A stretch of DNA of 64,000 nucleotides from Fimicolochytrium jonesii (lineage: Eukaryota), in contig NW_026515675.1 of NCBI RefSeq assembly GCF_025526975.1, positions 186,001-250,000 of the forward strand, given 5' to 3'. Below are positions 1 to 13,448 of this stretch, piece by piece (position 1 is the first letter of the stretch; every line of letters starts with the position of its first letter). The notes under the pieces are model-generated. The model ran no database searches. It was not told the DNA's origin and saw nothing but the letters and a program-made list of their open reading frames with translations. The translations under genes were made by a program, and so were the position numbers.

Positions 1-1510
1 ACAAAAACTCCAGCTCATCCTCCATCGTCTTCGCCTCCTTAACGGCCAGCGGCAACGGCGGCGCATCATGACGTGTTGGGCTCGCCACAACACCCAACTG
101 CGACCCCAATTTCGCCGCCAGACTGCCTTCCTGACGCACGGCAACGATATGATCCTGTAGCATCGACCGCACAGCCCCCAACCGATCCGACACGAGCTGG
201 CGATACACGTTCTGGCTCGTCTCCGCCCGCGCCTGGTCCTGCTTGAGCGCCTCGAACCGGTTCTGCAGCTGGGAAATAGTCGACGCGTGGCTCTCCGATT
301 CCTTCGACTGTGTCGCCCGCAGCTCCTCCATCGAGTGCTGGAAGGTGGTGGTGTCGGTGGCCAGTTTTGATTCAAAGGAGCGGACCGTATCCTCGTACAA
401 GTTCTTCTGCACGTCGACTTCCTGGGAGAGCGCAAACACGGATTTTTCCAGCTCGATGACTTTGGAGCGGAGGATGGCGTTGTCGGCTTCGAGGGTCATG
501 TTGCGGTCGAGGAGGGCTCGGGCTTCTTCTTCGCTCGGGAGGTGGATGCCGATGTGCCGGTCGAAGATGGTTGCGGCGAAGGCGAGGTTAAGACGTGCGT
601 GGCCGTGCGCGACGTCGGAGGCGGTTACGAAGCGACGGCAACCTAGTGTCTCCGCGGCGTCCAGCAGGGCTCGTGCGCGGGCCTCCTTGTCATCTGCAGG
701 CAGCGCGAACGCGGCGTTCAGGGCGTCCACGATGGTATTGCGCTTGTTTGTCGGGGCGACTTGCTGGAGAAGCAGCATGTACGCATGACTATCCGAAACA
801 TCCTTCCCAAAGTTCGCGACTCGTTTATCCGTCCCGGCCCTTTCGAGGTGGTAGTTGAACCACCTCAACAACAGCTGCTCGTTCGTGAACGCCATCAGCT
901 GCGTCAGACTCTCACCTGGCTGCAGCAGCCTGATCAGTTCCGGATGGGAAGGCACATTGATATCGCTGAGGAGATGTGCGCGAATAAGCTGCCAGATGAT
1001 TCCGAGGACAAGATCAGGCTTTTTGCGCAGGAAATCTTCCGCGGCGACGTTCACCACCACCGCGACGTTTTTGGCGGCTTCAATCACTATGTTCAGGTTG
1101 TTGGTAGCTTCAAAGAGCCCCTTTGTCTGCTCCGGTGTCGCGCTCGTGTTGCCCTTGGTTGCAGCGGAGGAGTTCAAATGCGCCGGGTCGATAGAGGTGT
1201 TGATCTTTGCGATGTTGATGGTTTTGGGCTTGATAGTGTTCACAATGTATGCGAGCACGGCCCCGTCTTGAAGATTCTCGAAGAAGTTGTCCTTTGTGAT
1301 TGGGATGTACTATACGATGTTCGGCGTTAGTGGCTCGTACAATTCACGCTTGCGCTTCACAAGATCTTTTAGACCTACCTTCGGCCTGAGCGCCTCGACG
1401 TCTGCTAGCATGTTTCGAATATGTTCAGCATACGCATCGATTTCCCTCTCCATGCCTTCCTTCTGATTCGCGACAGGAGACAACGCAACGTCCTGATATT
1501 GATGTGCCAT
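1..1510 (-). CDS. Fimbrin/plastin-like tandem calponin-homology (single actin-binding domain) protein with C-terminal coiled coil; 3'-partial
   Basis: Exon 1 is 1510-1379, then a 69-bp intron 1378-1310 (GTAGGT...CTAAC...TAG), then an open frame to the window edge. The spliced protein has fimbrin ABD1-like motifs: EIDAYAEHIRNML, FFENLQDGAVLAYIVNTIKP, NNLNIVIEAAK, LVLGIIWQLIR, HPELIRLL, EQLLLRWFNYHL, LNLAFAATIF. Heptad-rich sequence follows. Confidence 0.85.
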
Positions 1511-1940
1511 GGTTGAGGGTGTTGAGATGATGATTAGTGGGTATAACGAAGTTCCGTCTGTGGTTTGGCAAACTCGGAACCGTGAAGAGTAGAAGGAAAA
1601 GTGAGTTGATTGGGGTGCGAAGTGTCCACTGGCAGGTCCCTTTTATCGTTTTCCAGTTGCTACCTCCTCAACAATAGCGGTCTCTCCAACCAGCATTTGG
1701 TTGTGTACATGGACAAGGCGCCTTATTCATCGACGGAGAACCCTCAGAGGGGGATTGCCCACGTGGGGTTTCTAGAAAACGAAGAAGCTTCTTCCTCAAT
1801 TGTGTGGGTTGCCAAAAATATAGGATTGGGGTCGGGGATTGTTGTTTGACGCGTTACGTTTTTCGAGAAGGCGGTGACGGGAGTTCGCGTAACGGTACAT
1901 TAAGGGACACAGGTACTCTGAACGACCCGGATTCCATCAA

Positions 1941-2023
1941 GACGCGATGGCCGAGTGGTCTAAGGCGGTAGACTAGAAATCTACTCCGCTCTGCGGGCGC
2001 AGGTTCAAATCCTGCTCGCGTCG
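1941..2023 (+). tRNA. tRNA-Ser (anticodon AGA)
   Basis: Acceptor stem GACGCGA/TCGCGTC, D-arm TGGCCGAGTGGTCTAAGGC, anticodon stem GTAGA/TCTAC around CT-AGA-AA (1975-1977), long variable arm, GGTTCAAATCC T-loop, followed by a T-run (Pol III terminator). Confidence 0.95.
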
Positions 2024-2365
2024 CTTAATTTTTTCCAGCCCGCATCAGAGACTTATCGTTAATCACGTGACTGTGATTCTCGGTCGCAGATCCCAAAAGT
2101 TGCTCTTCCCACGCTCCTCCCTTCTCACAGTTGTGCTGGTCAAGTCGTACTTTTTGCGGTTTCTCAAAGTACTCTGGTTGCAGACTGCCAGGAGGGACAA
2201 GCGGTTCATTGTGAGCTACTGTTCCGGAGGAGCTACGGACGAACAGGCTCTTCTTTTGCCACCTGTACGACATTGCGGCGCTTCTGGGGCCCACCATTCC
2301 CCCGTTTTCAGTTTTCTCTCCGCTACACCTTTTTCCCACCGTTCTACTGATACCTTTCGGCAGCC

Positions 2366-5207
2366 ATGGGTACGAAAAAGAAGTTCGCCAAAGGGCGTTT
2401 GGACAAGTACTACTATATGGCAAAGGAACAGGGTTACCGTGCCCGTTCCGCCTTCAAGCTCATTCAGCTGAACAAAAAGTACAACTTCTTGGAGAAATCG
2501 AAATGCTTGGTTGATCTTTGTGCCGCCCCCGGTGGTTGGCTGCAGGTCGCCTCAAAGTATATGCCCAAGCCGAACATTATCGTTGGTCTCGATTTGGCGG
2601 CTATAAAGCCCATTCCGGGAGTTATCACCCATGTAGAGGATATCACAACGCAGAAGTGTAGAGCAACGCTGAAGAAGGAGCTGAAAACATGGAAGGCTGA
2701 TGTGTGAGTATTGGGACGCCATGCGACGGAATTGTGGCGATGTTCGTTCTTGTGGACTGACTCTCATGTCTCTTTTCCAGCTTCTTGCACGATGGAGCTC
2801 CCAATGTCGGTACTTCATGGCTTCAGGATGCCTTCACGCAATCCGAGCTAGTATTAGCATCGCTGAAACTCGCCACCGAGTTCTTGATGCCTGGCGGTGT
2901 CTTTGTCAGCAAAGTCTTCAGGTCGAAAGATTACAACAAGTTGATCTGGGTGTTCAACCAGTTCTTCGAGAAAGTCGAGGCCACGAAGCCCGCTTCGTCT
3001 CGTAATGTCTCCGCCGAAATCTTCGTCGTGTGCCGAGAGTTCAAGGCACCGAAGAAGATCGACCCTCGTTTGCTGGACCCGAAGTACGTCTTCAAGGAAG
3101 TTGACGATGTAGCTGAGGAGGATATGGACGAGAAGAAGAAGAAGGAACGCCAGGGAGCGTTGCTGAACGATTTGTTCCACCCGGAAAAACGTCGTAGACA
3201 TCGTAGTGGTTACGCGGACGGGGACTACACTCTCCACATCGCCAACAGCATCGGAGACTTCATCAAAGGTCCCGACTTCTTGACGGCTTTGACGAGCTCG
3301 AACGAGTTGAGATTCGACACCGACGATTTCAGCAGGTCGATAGGGGAACACCCGATCACGACAGAAGAAATCAAGCAATGCTGTAAGGATCTGAAGGTGT
3401 TGGGCAAGAAAGACTTCAAAGATCTACTGAAGTGGCGCGATGCTCTCCGGCTGGATCTGGGGCTCGCAAAGAAGAAGGAGGAAGATGCAGAGAAGGCTCC
3501 AGAGGAAAACGAGCAGCCCGACGACCCCGAGACACTAGCAGAGCGCCTGAACGAGGAGTCAAAGGTCGTTGCAGCCCGGCTGAAGCGTGAGAAGCGCAAA
3601 GCCCGCGAGCGCAAAGCCAAGCAGCTCCTCAAGTTCCGTCTCGGAATGGGCACACCGAGCGATATCGGTCTTGACGCCAGTGCCGAGGCTGGCGGTCTGG
3701 GCACGGACAACATCAACGACGACGGCTCCCTGTTCCACTTGAACGGGCTGCCAGCGGACGAGATGAAGAAATCAAGAGCGATGGTCGCCGCTGAACAGGC
3801 TGCCGCGGATCTCATGCTCACGGACGACGAATCCGAGGGAGACTATGATGATTCGGAAGACGATGCGCAAGACGACGACGAGGAATACGATTCCGACGAA
3901 GACGTCAAGCGGAAAGTCAACGCAATGGAGTCGCAGCTCGACGATCTCTACGAGAAGTTCTGCGAGCAGCGGTTAGAGAGGGACCCGAGCGCGAAAGTGC
4001 GAAAAGCGAAAGAAGGCGCCAAGGCGTTCGAGGAGTGGTACGGGATTGAGTTTGATAGCAAGCAGAGTAACCCGGATGCGGTGCCTGGTACGGCGGATTC
4101 CGATAGCACTGATGACAGTGAAGACTACGAGGACGAGGATGCGATGGAAATTGACGAGCCAGCACCCAAGCCTGCTGTCGCGAAGGGAAAGAAGCGGAAA
4201 GCCTCAGCAGCAATAGAGCCAGAGGAGGAAGAAGAAGCCGTCATCGAGACAAAATCGCTGTCGAAGCGCGCCAGAACCTTCTTCGACAACCCACTCTTCA
4301 AATCCCTCGAGGAGCCCGTGAAGAAACCACAGAAGGCGAACGGCAAGCCTGAAAAGGCAGGCCTCTTCGCCAAGGAGATGACGGCCGCTGATGATGATAG
4401 CACTGACGATGAGGATTCTGTGCCTAAGCGGAAAGCAAAGGGCAAGAAGAACTCGGGGTTCACTGGTGATGAGAGTGATAGCGAACAGGAGGCTGGTGGG
4501 GCTGGGTTTGAGGTTGTGCCGGCTGGGTTGGACGCGAATGGGCAGCCGACTGGTAAGCATCTCAAATCACAACTTACAATCCGGCTTCAATATGTGTGAA
4601 TTCTAAACGGTCATTATCTTTCCAATCAACAGACGACTTCGCCATCACAACCGCCGAAGCCTACACCCTCGCCCAGCGCATGCTCCGCAAATCCGGCAAA
4701 CGCGACGTCATCGACGAAGCCTACAACCGCTTCGCCCACAACGATCCAGACAACCTCCCCGCCTGGTTCGTCGAGGAAGAAAACCGCCACAACAAACCAT
4801 CTCTCCCCATCACAAAGGAAGCCGTCGCCATCATCAAACAGAAGCAACGTGCCCTGGATGCCCGACCAATTAAGAAGGTTGCTGAGGCAAAGTTTAGGAA
4901 ACAGATGCGGACTGCACGGAGGTTGGAGAAGATGCAGAAGAAGGCGAGTAATGTGATGGATGATGAGGGTGGGGAGTTGACGGAGAAGTCTAAGTTGCTG
5001 GAGGTGTCCAAACTGAAACGGAGGGCGAAGGCGAAGGCGGATGTTAAGAAGAAACCGACGCTTGTTGTTGCCCGTGGATTGAACCGCGGGAAACAGGGGC
5101 GGCCGAAGGGGGTTAAGGGACGGTATAAGATGGTTGATCCGAGGATGAAAAAGGAGATGAGGGCGGAGAAGAGGGCCGCGAAGGCGGGCAAGAAGCGGAG
5201 AAAGTAA
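2366..5207 (+). CDS. SPB1: AdoMet-dependent 25S rRNA 2'-O-methyltransferase Spb1 (FtsJ family)
   Basis: [66 protein letters not shown]-terminal [11 protein letters not shown] and [16 protein letters not shown]. Introns 2704-2780 and 4553-4632. Confidence 0.97.
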
Positions 5208-5498
5208 ACTATCCGTGCGGCGTTGGTTGTATGTAGCAGATAGGTGCTCGTAATAGCCCTCGGCGAGCTGATTTGCCGTTTCACGTAGATATCATATTTA
5301 TCCCCACATGTTGTATGCTACAGTTTTGATTTATTCATATTTTTTCTCACGATCAAAACTCTCCCGATGAATGGCAACGGAGGGAAATACGCCGGCTAAT
5401 TCGTTCGTGCGCAAGCCTACCCTGATACTGCAAAAACTACTCACAAAACCTCATACCTATCCCCTCGTCGCTGCCCGCACGGGGCACGCTAGTTACCC

Positions 5499-8400
5499 CT
5501 AATGGACCCTACTCAACTCCTCCACAATCCTCACCAGCTCCTCCACACCCACATCCAGCCTCCTCAACGCACCCCCCTCCCTCGGGGACAGCATCTCATC
5601 ATCAACCATATTCGTCGCCGCCACAGAGCCCGCGGAATTCGTTCGCGTGCCCTTGACGACGGCCTCCTTGAGCTCGCGCGGCAGGTCGAGGTACTGCTCG
5701 ATGAGGTCGCCGTCGAGGAAGTTGGAGCTGGAGCGGATGTGGCCGCGGTGGTCGTCGAAGCGGCGCCATCTGAATCGGGAGACATGAGGAGCGTTAGTCA
5801 AGCCGCTCTCGAGACAAGCGGCGCGCTGAATGGTGGGGAATCTGATAAGGAGAGGATGGAAAACGCGGAACACGTACTTCTCATGCGGTAAATCGCCCAC
5901 CCGCCTCACAATAGCGCTCATGTTCTCCTGGACGCCTTCAAGCAAGGCGTGTGTCTTTTTGTCTACTGCAGCGAGGATGCCCAGCCCGCCGGCCGCGGTG
6001 CAGTAGACTAGCAGCGGCTTGGCGATGGGTTCGTGGTCTACGATGTTCATCACCAGGGATCCTGTGCAATGCGCCAAAGACGAGGATGAGTGAACGACGC
6101 GATCGATTTAACAGGTCAGCACAACAACCCACCATGCCTCAACCGATTAATCTGCTCCCCCACATGAAACCACCCACACCCGACCAACCGCCTCCTCTCA
6201 TGCTCCAACGCCGCATCGCTCTGCTTTCTAACCATAAACAAATTATAATTATGGTCGCTCCCGATATACAAATCATCATCGAGCGCCGCGACGGCGGTCA
6301 TCCAGTTCGTCGCGGCGTCGCGGGCGATCAGGTCGATGGATTCTTCGTCACGGGTGAAGGAGAGCACGTTCATGGATTTCATGAGGTCGCCGACGAGGAT
6401 GAAGTCGCCGCGGACGGCGAGGGCGTAGACGAGAGTGTTGCCGTGGTGTGTGGATTTGAGGGTGAGGGTGGGGGGTGTGGTGTCGGTGGAGCTTTCCCAT
6501 TTGTAGAGTTGGACCTGTGGAGTCAACCCGGAAAATTAGCAGGCTGGTCGACTTGCCCACATCCACGATTGTGTGTAATTCAGAACACAAACCTGACTAT
6601 TCACACCCGCCAACAACCGCCCAGAAACCGTCGCAAGGCAGTACACGCAGCCCTTGGTCTCAACCTGCGCCACTATCCTCAGCTTTCGCTCCGGAGTGAC
6701 CTCAAAGACGGTAATGCGGCCTTTCGTAGGTTCGTCCTCCTCCGGTAAGACAAGGGCGGTGCCTACACAGTAGAACTCTTTATCGTCGTCGTTGAATGTT
6801 ATGGAGATGATGGACTCGACGGATTCGAAGGTGTCGAATCGGTGTGCATCCAGTTCTGGAGAAAAAAGGTGTATCAGAGGAACGTTCTCCACATCAACCA
6901 TGGAACGGAACAAACTTGATACCTTCAAAAGTCCGATCATCCAAAACCTTCACAAACGAGCGTTCCTCCTCATCCAGCCCGCTCTCATCCTGCACAGTCT
7001 TCATGGTCAAGATCCCAAACGTGCCGGACTGCTCCTGATGAGTAATCCTACGGGCGACTTCCCCGAGTGGGATCTTCTTGATGTGTAATTTCTGGATCGC
7101 TTCTACTGTGCCAACTTTTAGGGAGCCTTCTGTGACGAGAGCGAGGGCTTCGGCGTCGAATGAGAAGGCGCACATGTGGGTTACTTCCTGTGGATTGATG
7201 GAGGGGTTGTTAGATCAAGTTTCTGACAGTAGAATGGACGGGATCGAAAGTCACCTTGAGGTTAACAGGCGAGTACAACAACTTCTCATTACTCAAATGA
7301 ATCACAGTCGGGCGATCAGACGCAGCAAAGACGCAAGTGTTGCCGTTCGATTTGAAAGCGCACAGGGAGATCGGGTGGCTGGCCAGGGAGACTTTCTTCT
7401 TTTGACCTAGTCTTCGGTTCGTGGCGTCGAATTGGAATATGTACAGATGTCCGTCGCCTGCCAGGAATAGATGAGCCAAAGGGCGGGGGATTAGACTCCA
7501 TCGTTCAGCAACTGACCTAACGCCGCCATGATGAAGTCGGCAGCTCCCATGGTTACAGAAAGCACGGATCGCGGAATCATGCCTGGCAAAAACATATCAG
7601 ACCATTATGCAGCAATCTCCATGATTTAACGCATGCTTGCTCACCAGACTCCAATATCTGCTTCTCGATGACATTGAGACTAGGAAGCTCCAAAGTGCGT
7701 ATACTCATATCCGTCCAAAGCCCCACAATCGCAACATCCGCCCGGTGGCCCGATTTAGATTCCAGGGGGTTAATGTTGAGGCATGAGATTTCGTATTCCA
7801 GTTTAGTTTGGCTGTGGAATAAAGGGTGAATCATAGTCTTTTTTGCGGGACGGTTAACTTTTTACCGACCTCTTGAGTTGCAATCCCGTACCGTCGGGTT
7901 CCAGGTACGCCAAATGGCCCTCTGACAAACCCAGTAGTACTTGTGTTGGATTGATTGAGGCATGATGAATGCGCATGCCGTTCGGTGGCGACCAAGTGAA
8001 GAGAAGCTGCCATGTCTTGCAGGCCAACACAAGGACTGTGGTTGATGTCACCTGCGATCACATTGTCTCAGTATCCAGTTTCGCGTGCACTCCATATTCT
8101 TCGACCCTGCGAACGCCTCACCTGTACAATCCGGTCCCCCACAATATTCCCACACGCCAGGGTACTCTCCCCAACCCGAAATCCCCCACAATCAGCCCCC
8201 TCAACGGGCCCAAGATCGCCTTCCTCGTCTTTCGCCTGCAGCCGCGTTTCGCCCACGAATGAAAGCACTAATGCGTCGTCGACTCTACGAAGACCAAGTC
8301 AACACAAATCGTCCGGCAAGCAGTCCATGTGGGCATCTGCTCACTCACTTTGAGTCAAACGACGATCGCAACGACCATATCCCCGTCAAATCCGGTACAT

Positions 8401-10118
8401 CGTTCAACGATCCCAGGACTTCGATCCCCACCCCGTTTCGGACCACGCGTAGTGATCCATCCTTGTACCCGCCACAGCATGCCACGACTTGGCCCTGTCA
8501 ACTTAAAATCAGCCGTCCCTCCTACATTTACCTAAACACCAAGAACATTTGTTACCTGCCCTTGCTTCTCAACATCCACAACACAGAAATCCGTAATTGG
8601 TGCCAAGTTCTGAAAATCCCGGACAACCTCCACGAAATTCCCCCTGCCGTTGGGCTGCTGCGACAGTTGCACCAGCTGCGAGTCTCCGAAGTGTGACCCG
8701 ACGAACGTGTAGCTGTGGGATAGGTATGCTATTGCGGACGGGATTGACGTCTGGTAGATCAGGCTCCTGTTAGCGGCGGGCTTCTAGTCGATTGAGGGTA
8801 TGGGATGACTGGCACGAACCTCCCCTAAAGGGTCGATGGCGACGTCTTTCATCTGCCCGTTCTCTACCGTGAGTGCCACGACCCATATTTGGCCAGTGTA
8901 GTCGCCTAGAAGATAGCGGGTGCCTTCCGCGTCGAGCATATCCCAACTATGCTTCCGAGTATTCAGGCAAAGTGACACGCGAGCCATGCACAAAGTGAAG
9001 ACACTGACCATTGCATGACTGTCGGTCGTATCGGTACGCTCATAGTTCCCCCCGGGTTGACGAAGGTTAAGGTTTGCTCTCCGACGATCATCACACCTCC
9101 GCCTAGTCGCAATTTCAATCAGCTTCCTCCGACTAGGTCACTCAGTTATCGGCCGCACCAACCGCTGGCTTTCGGGACAGGTATCATCATCTTCGCATTA
9201 GCCTCCACATTCCGTGCCATCAGGGTATACTCTTTCAGCTCCGCCCGTCCCAGATCCACAACATAAGTCTTGAAATGCCTATTCGCCTTCGCGTCCTGGT
9301 ACAAAACACCCAGCACAGGTTTTCCGCTGTCCTCTGCATCCGTGAGCAGGAACTGTATGGACAGGATCGACAATTCCTCTAATCTACACGTCCCTTTTAG
9401 TCCCTTCACGTGTCGTTTATAGAGCACAAACTGATTGGGCGCCCACCTCAGATTCACTCCGACAGCCTCCACCAGCCTCCTTTTCTTCCGCGCATTCGGA
9501 TATTTCTTCGGGTTGCCGCCGATGCCGATAATCTTCAACAGCCCCTGGTAGGCGTGCAAGGCCGCCAGATGCATCCCCTGGTGGATGATGCACATGTGCT
9601 CGTAATCGTTGTCGCGGGCGCTGGGGTCTTTCACGTCGTCTACTATCTCTGTTTTTAGTGAGTTGGTTTGTGGGTCGTAGGTGACGACGATGAATTGGTG
9701 GCGTTCGGTGGATATGACTAGTGAATCGATGGTCGCGCCCTGGGGGATTTGGGGATGAGTCCACTGTCTCCTTTGCGAACTATGAGGTTCTCGGGCATGA
9801 GGCCTACCGGCAGCCGGCACTTATTGACCGTCGTCACCCGCCCATAGATGGGCGCATCCAAAACCAAGCGCAAGTCCCTCTCATTCTCATTCTCATCCCC
9901 GACCGGCTCCAGAATGTATATCTCAATATGGGTGAACTTGCTGTGACGAGGAAGAGGATGGTCAGCTCGCCTCTCAGTAGGGAGGGACCTTTCGAACGTT
10001 CGGAGATCACCCACCTCACGACAACGTTCACGTCGGTTGGACCGGTGATGTTGCCCTTCAGGACATGAGACACGGAGTCTGCCCTTCTTGCGGTGACCGC
10101 ATAGAGGTAAGGGTCCAT
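5499..10118 (-). CDS. DDB1: DNA damage-binding protein 1 (CUL4 adaptor; CPSF-A family), multi-exon
   Basis: Exons encode YAVTAR, DAPIYGRV, YLLGDY, CCGGYKDGSLRVVRNGVGI, LEYEISCL, EAIQKLHIKKIPLGE, FYCVGTALVLPEEDEPTKGRI, GDFILVGDLMKS, FHVGEQIN, NFLDGDLIEQYLDL, RIVEELSRVH*. Many GT-AG introns. Confidence 0.93.
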
Positions 10119-10524
10119 GTTTGCAGTTTGACGTGGAATGTAACTCTTTTCGGTCGGCGTGATTCCACCGAAGAGTCGTCCAGACTGGGCGCTTGCACAA
10201 GTCCAGAAATCCCACGTCACGACTCGCGTTTCTCCCCTTCCACGCGACCCATCCTTCTTTTCTCCACCGAAATAAGGTATATATAAGTGCAGCAAAGACG
10301 ACATAAGAGCGGGCCTGACATTCGTACCTTCTGCACTGAAACCGCTGGAAATGTAATGGACGAAAGGACAGCGCACAAAAGGTGGGGGCTAACTCGGTTA
10401 CCAGCAAGGTTCCGAAAACAAAAAAGGGATGAGTCTCATATCATAAGAGCTACGGGGGCCAAGAAACCGAGCCGGCATGTATGATGTACAAATATGAGGT
10501 GCTAAGCTGTCTATGACAAAGTGT

Positions 10525-11255
10525 TCAAACCTCCTTGATGTTCCCAGGTGGGTAGAGCGGAACGGGGAGAGAGTCTTTCGGGTATGGGTCTGGAAGCTTG
10601 GGATGGACGTTGGTATGGGCATGCTGGCGGTGTTGCACAACCGAGAGGTAAGTTCCCCAGCCTGGTGGAGGGATGGAGTTCAATAGGAGAAGAGTAGCAC
10701 CAAAACGGGGATGATCAACCAAACACACATACCCAATCCCAAGATATTGACCACCAACACCCTCAACTTAAACGGCACATATCTGAAATTAATCGCCAGC
10801 GCCGCCGGCCACACCGCCCAATTCGCCTTGAGCGTAGGCCACAGATTGGTCTCCAACCGATGCTTGATCTCCTTCCCCGACGCGCCTTCCATAGCTGAGT
10901 TGCACACAAAGAACAAAGCCGTGAAGGGCGCTGCAGCAAGAACCTGATCCGCCGCAACCTTCTTCAGACTCGTCGTCAGATCCATCCCGACGCCCAACCG
11001 TTTGTCGAGGACCTTATACCACCCATGGGTCAGCGGCGCGCTCAGCGCCATGCCGTAGAGGCCGAGCCGTGCTGTGCGTTTGGGGTCCCAGTTGGGGTGG
11101 TCGGGGGAGGTGTCAATTTTTTGAGCGATGACATCGCCTGCTACGGCGATGGCGCCCGCGGAGAGGGCCTTGGTTTGGAGAGGCTTTTCTTCGAGGAGCT
11201 CGAGGTAGCGTTTCCACGCGCGGAGGATTGGGCGGAAAGTTGTAGATTTGGACAT
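10525..11255 (-). CDS. SYM1: Mpv17/PMP22 family membrane protein (Sym1-like)
   Basis: PLQTKAL, GDVIAQ, RTARLGLYG, KKVAADQ, PTLKANWAVWPA, INFRYVP; one intron near 10730-10663; last exon begins WGTYLS. Confidence 0.88.
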
Positions 11256-11888
11256 GGTGTGGCGAAGGGGAGTGGCGAGGGGAGCGGTTGGCCTGGTGTG
11301 CTAGCTCTAATCTATTCTTTGGCGGGCAAACGCAAACTTGGTTGTCGGCGTTGACGCAATGTCTGCCGTGATTGAGGGAGAAGAAAACTGGGAACTAGAA
11401 AGCTGCAATGAGGTGATTCGCGATGGAATGAACGTGTGAGTGGTGGGAAGGCACACTGAGCAGCAGTGAGAGCTGGCCGTCTCTCGCACTCTGGGTCCGT
11501 TCTCCTCTGCTTTCGAGACTTACTTGTTTGCGCACGATTGCCAGGGAAGATGGCGACGTTGGGGGGAGGAATGGAGCCAGCAGTGTGAACTTGGAAGGGA
11601 ACAATGAATGGCAGCGCGTCCTGATGATGATGTCACCGACGCGCGCGATAAGCCTTCATTCTTGCAAACCCCAATCCCTTTCATAAGATACAGTACGTCT
11701 TTTATGTCGGCGTTGCTCAAACCCAGATTCTACTCTGATATGGCCGCAGCAAAGGAAGACCGTGGGAGTGAAATCTCAAATGAGCCGCCATGACATGCGC
11801 TAAAACTAATAGGTTCGCCGCCGTGTGTAAGTTATCCCACCCACCGGCCACATCACGGGAGCTTCTACTCGCAACTTGGGTAGAAACG

Positions 11889-12887
11889 TTAGGGTAAATC
11901 ATCTCTATTCCGCCCCCCCAGAGCACATCGAACGACCTCCATCAACCCCTCAGGCCCCGGCCTCCCCGCCTCCGCATCAACCACTAGCCCCACCTCCCAA
12001 AGCCGTCGACTCGTTGTCGGTCCAATCGACGCTACCCTCGCCTCGCCCCAAACCGGAGACTTCCGTATCGCCTCCAATGCAACATCCACCCCTGACGGAC
12101 TGAAAAAGACAACCCATGGTCTTTGTCCTGCGCCAGTCTCCAAGCGGATATTGTCCAGATCGGCATGGAATGTGGCGGAGGGTTTGGTCTCGTACACCAC
12201 TATCTGCTCATACGCGACACCTGCTTCGCTTAGCCGGATGGGTAAGACGTCCCTGGCCTTGTCACCGGCCAAGAACAGATGCTTGGGTTGCACATGGTTC
12301 CCGGCCTGTATCGTCCCATGACATCCATGTTTGATGATCATTTCAGCAAGCGTAGCAGCCGTCCCGGCGTCCCCACCTATTGTGAAAAGCCCGGCGTCGA
12401 GAGCAGCAGACGCTGTTGCCTTTCCCACAACATAAACCGGCTTGGTGCGCCATGTCGCTATCACTTTGTCCTCAGTCCCTCCCTGGTTTGAGCACCTCTC
12501 CAAAGCCCTGATCAGCGCGCCAACAGCCCGCTGACTCGTCGCAATGACGGCGCAGAATTCGGACGAACGTGTCCGTAAGATCGTCGTCAGCGCATCTAGG
12601 TTGATGGTATCGTCATGTGATAGAACCGGAAGGAAGTGGGAATCGAAAATGGGTAGGCTGAATGCTGCAGCGTATTTGTCCGGCGCTGGAGGGGAGTGTA
12701 CTGTTGGGGAGATGTCGTCTGTTGAGGCGCTTAGCGGTGAGCCTTTTTGGCGGAGGAAGAGGATTGGGATTGGAGGGGATGCGGCTGCCGCTTCCCTGTT
12801 TCGGGACTCGGCGGTTCGTAAGTGGTTGTTGAAGTCGGCCTCTGGGGGATTAGCTTCGGTTTGCATTGTGTGTGATGTCCCTGGCAT
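11889..12887 (-). CDS. HEM4: Uroporphyrinogen-III synthase
   Basis: Intronless 332-aa ORF with AVIATSQRAV, YVVGKATA, LFLAGDKARDVLP, VVYET, WVVFFSPSG, ASIGPTT motifs. Confidence 0.93.
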   Translation of the reverse strand: MPGTSHTMQTEANPPEADFNNHLRTAESRNREAAAASPPIPILFLRQKGSPLSASTDDISPTVHSPPAPDKYAAAFSLPIFDSHFLPVLSHDDTINLDALTTILRTRSSEFCAVIATSQRAVGALIRALERCSNQGGTEDKVIATWRTKPVYVVGKATASAALDAGLFTIGGDAGTAATLAEMIIKHGCHGTIQAGNHVQPKHLFLAGDKARDVLPIRLSEAGVAYEQIVVYETKPSATFHADLDNIRLETGAGQRPWVVFFSPSGVDVALEAIRKSPVWGEARVASIGPTTSRRLWEVGLVVDAEAGRPGPEGLMEVVRCALGGRNRDDLP

Positions 12888-13448
12888 CAGTCCCCGACGT
12901 GCTCCTTAGGCTGCCGCTCTTGCGCTAGCTTCGGCTATCCAGCGATTCTTGGCGAGGCGTTCTTCCAACCCAGCGTCTATCCAACGATTCGGAGCTGTTC
13001 AGCCAGTTCTTCGTTGACCCGCTGCCCCTCCTTCCGACGGACGCTCTTTCGGTTGTTTCTCCTTCAACTGTCGGGGTCCGTTTGGCGCCAGAGCTCTTCC
13101 GGCCGTCTCAGATCGTCAGCAAAAGAGATGTTGCTCGGCCAGGTCTTCTTCGAGCCGCGGGTCCTCGATCTCGGGATCGTCCCTCAAGCTAAAGCTCTTG
13201 CGCACGTTTCAGGTCCTCGTTAAAGTGATTCTGACACCGGCGTGCGCGCGCCAGGTGAAGGCTGAAGTTGTGCAGGGTCGGACGGTGGTGAAATGTTCAA
13301 GGAGGCCAGTTGAACCTGGAGAGTCCCCTTGCGCTCCTTGCGTCCCTCCTCACGCCTTTCCTCCCACTTTTTCCAACCCACTTGCTTTCAGGATCCCACG
13401 CAAAAACCGCAAGATCATATAGCATTCCACCCAAAACCCCCTTCAGAA

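Noticed and set aside
1310..1312. In-frame TAG inside an otherwise continuous fimbrin-like frame (possible readthrough or recoded stop)
   Set aside because: The TAG is the 3' acceptor of a 69-bp in-frame intron (GTAGGT donor at 1378, CTAAC branch point).
12900..13220. Charged, coiled-coil-like peptide fragments on the minus strand upstream of HEM4
   Set aside because: Multiple stops and frame changes and no recognisable family; too weak to call.
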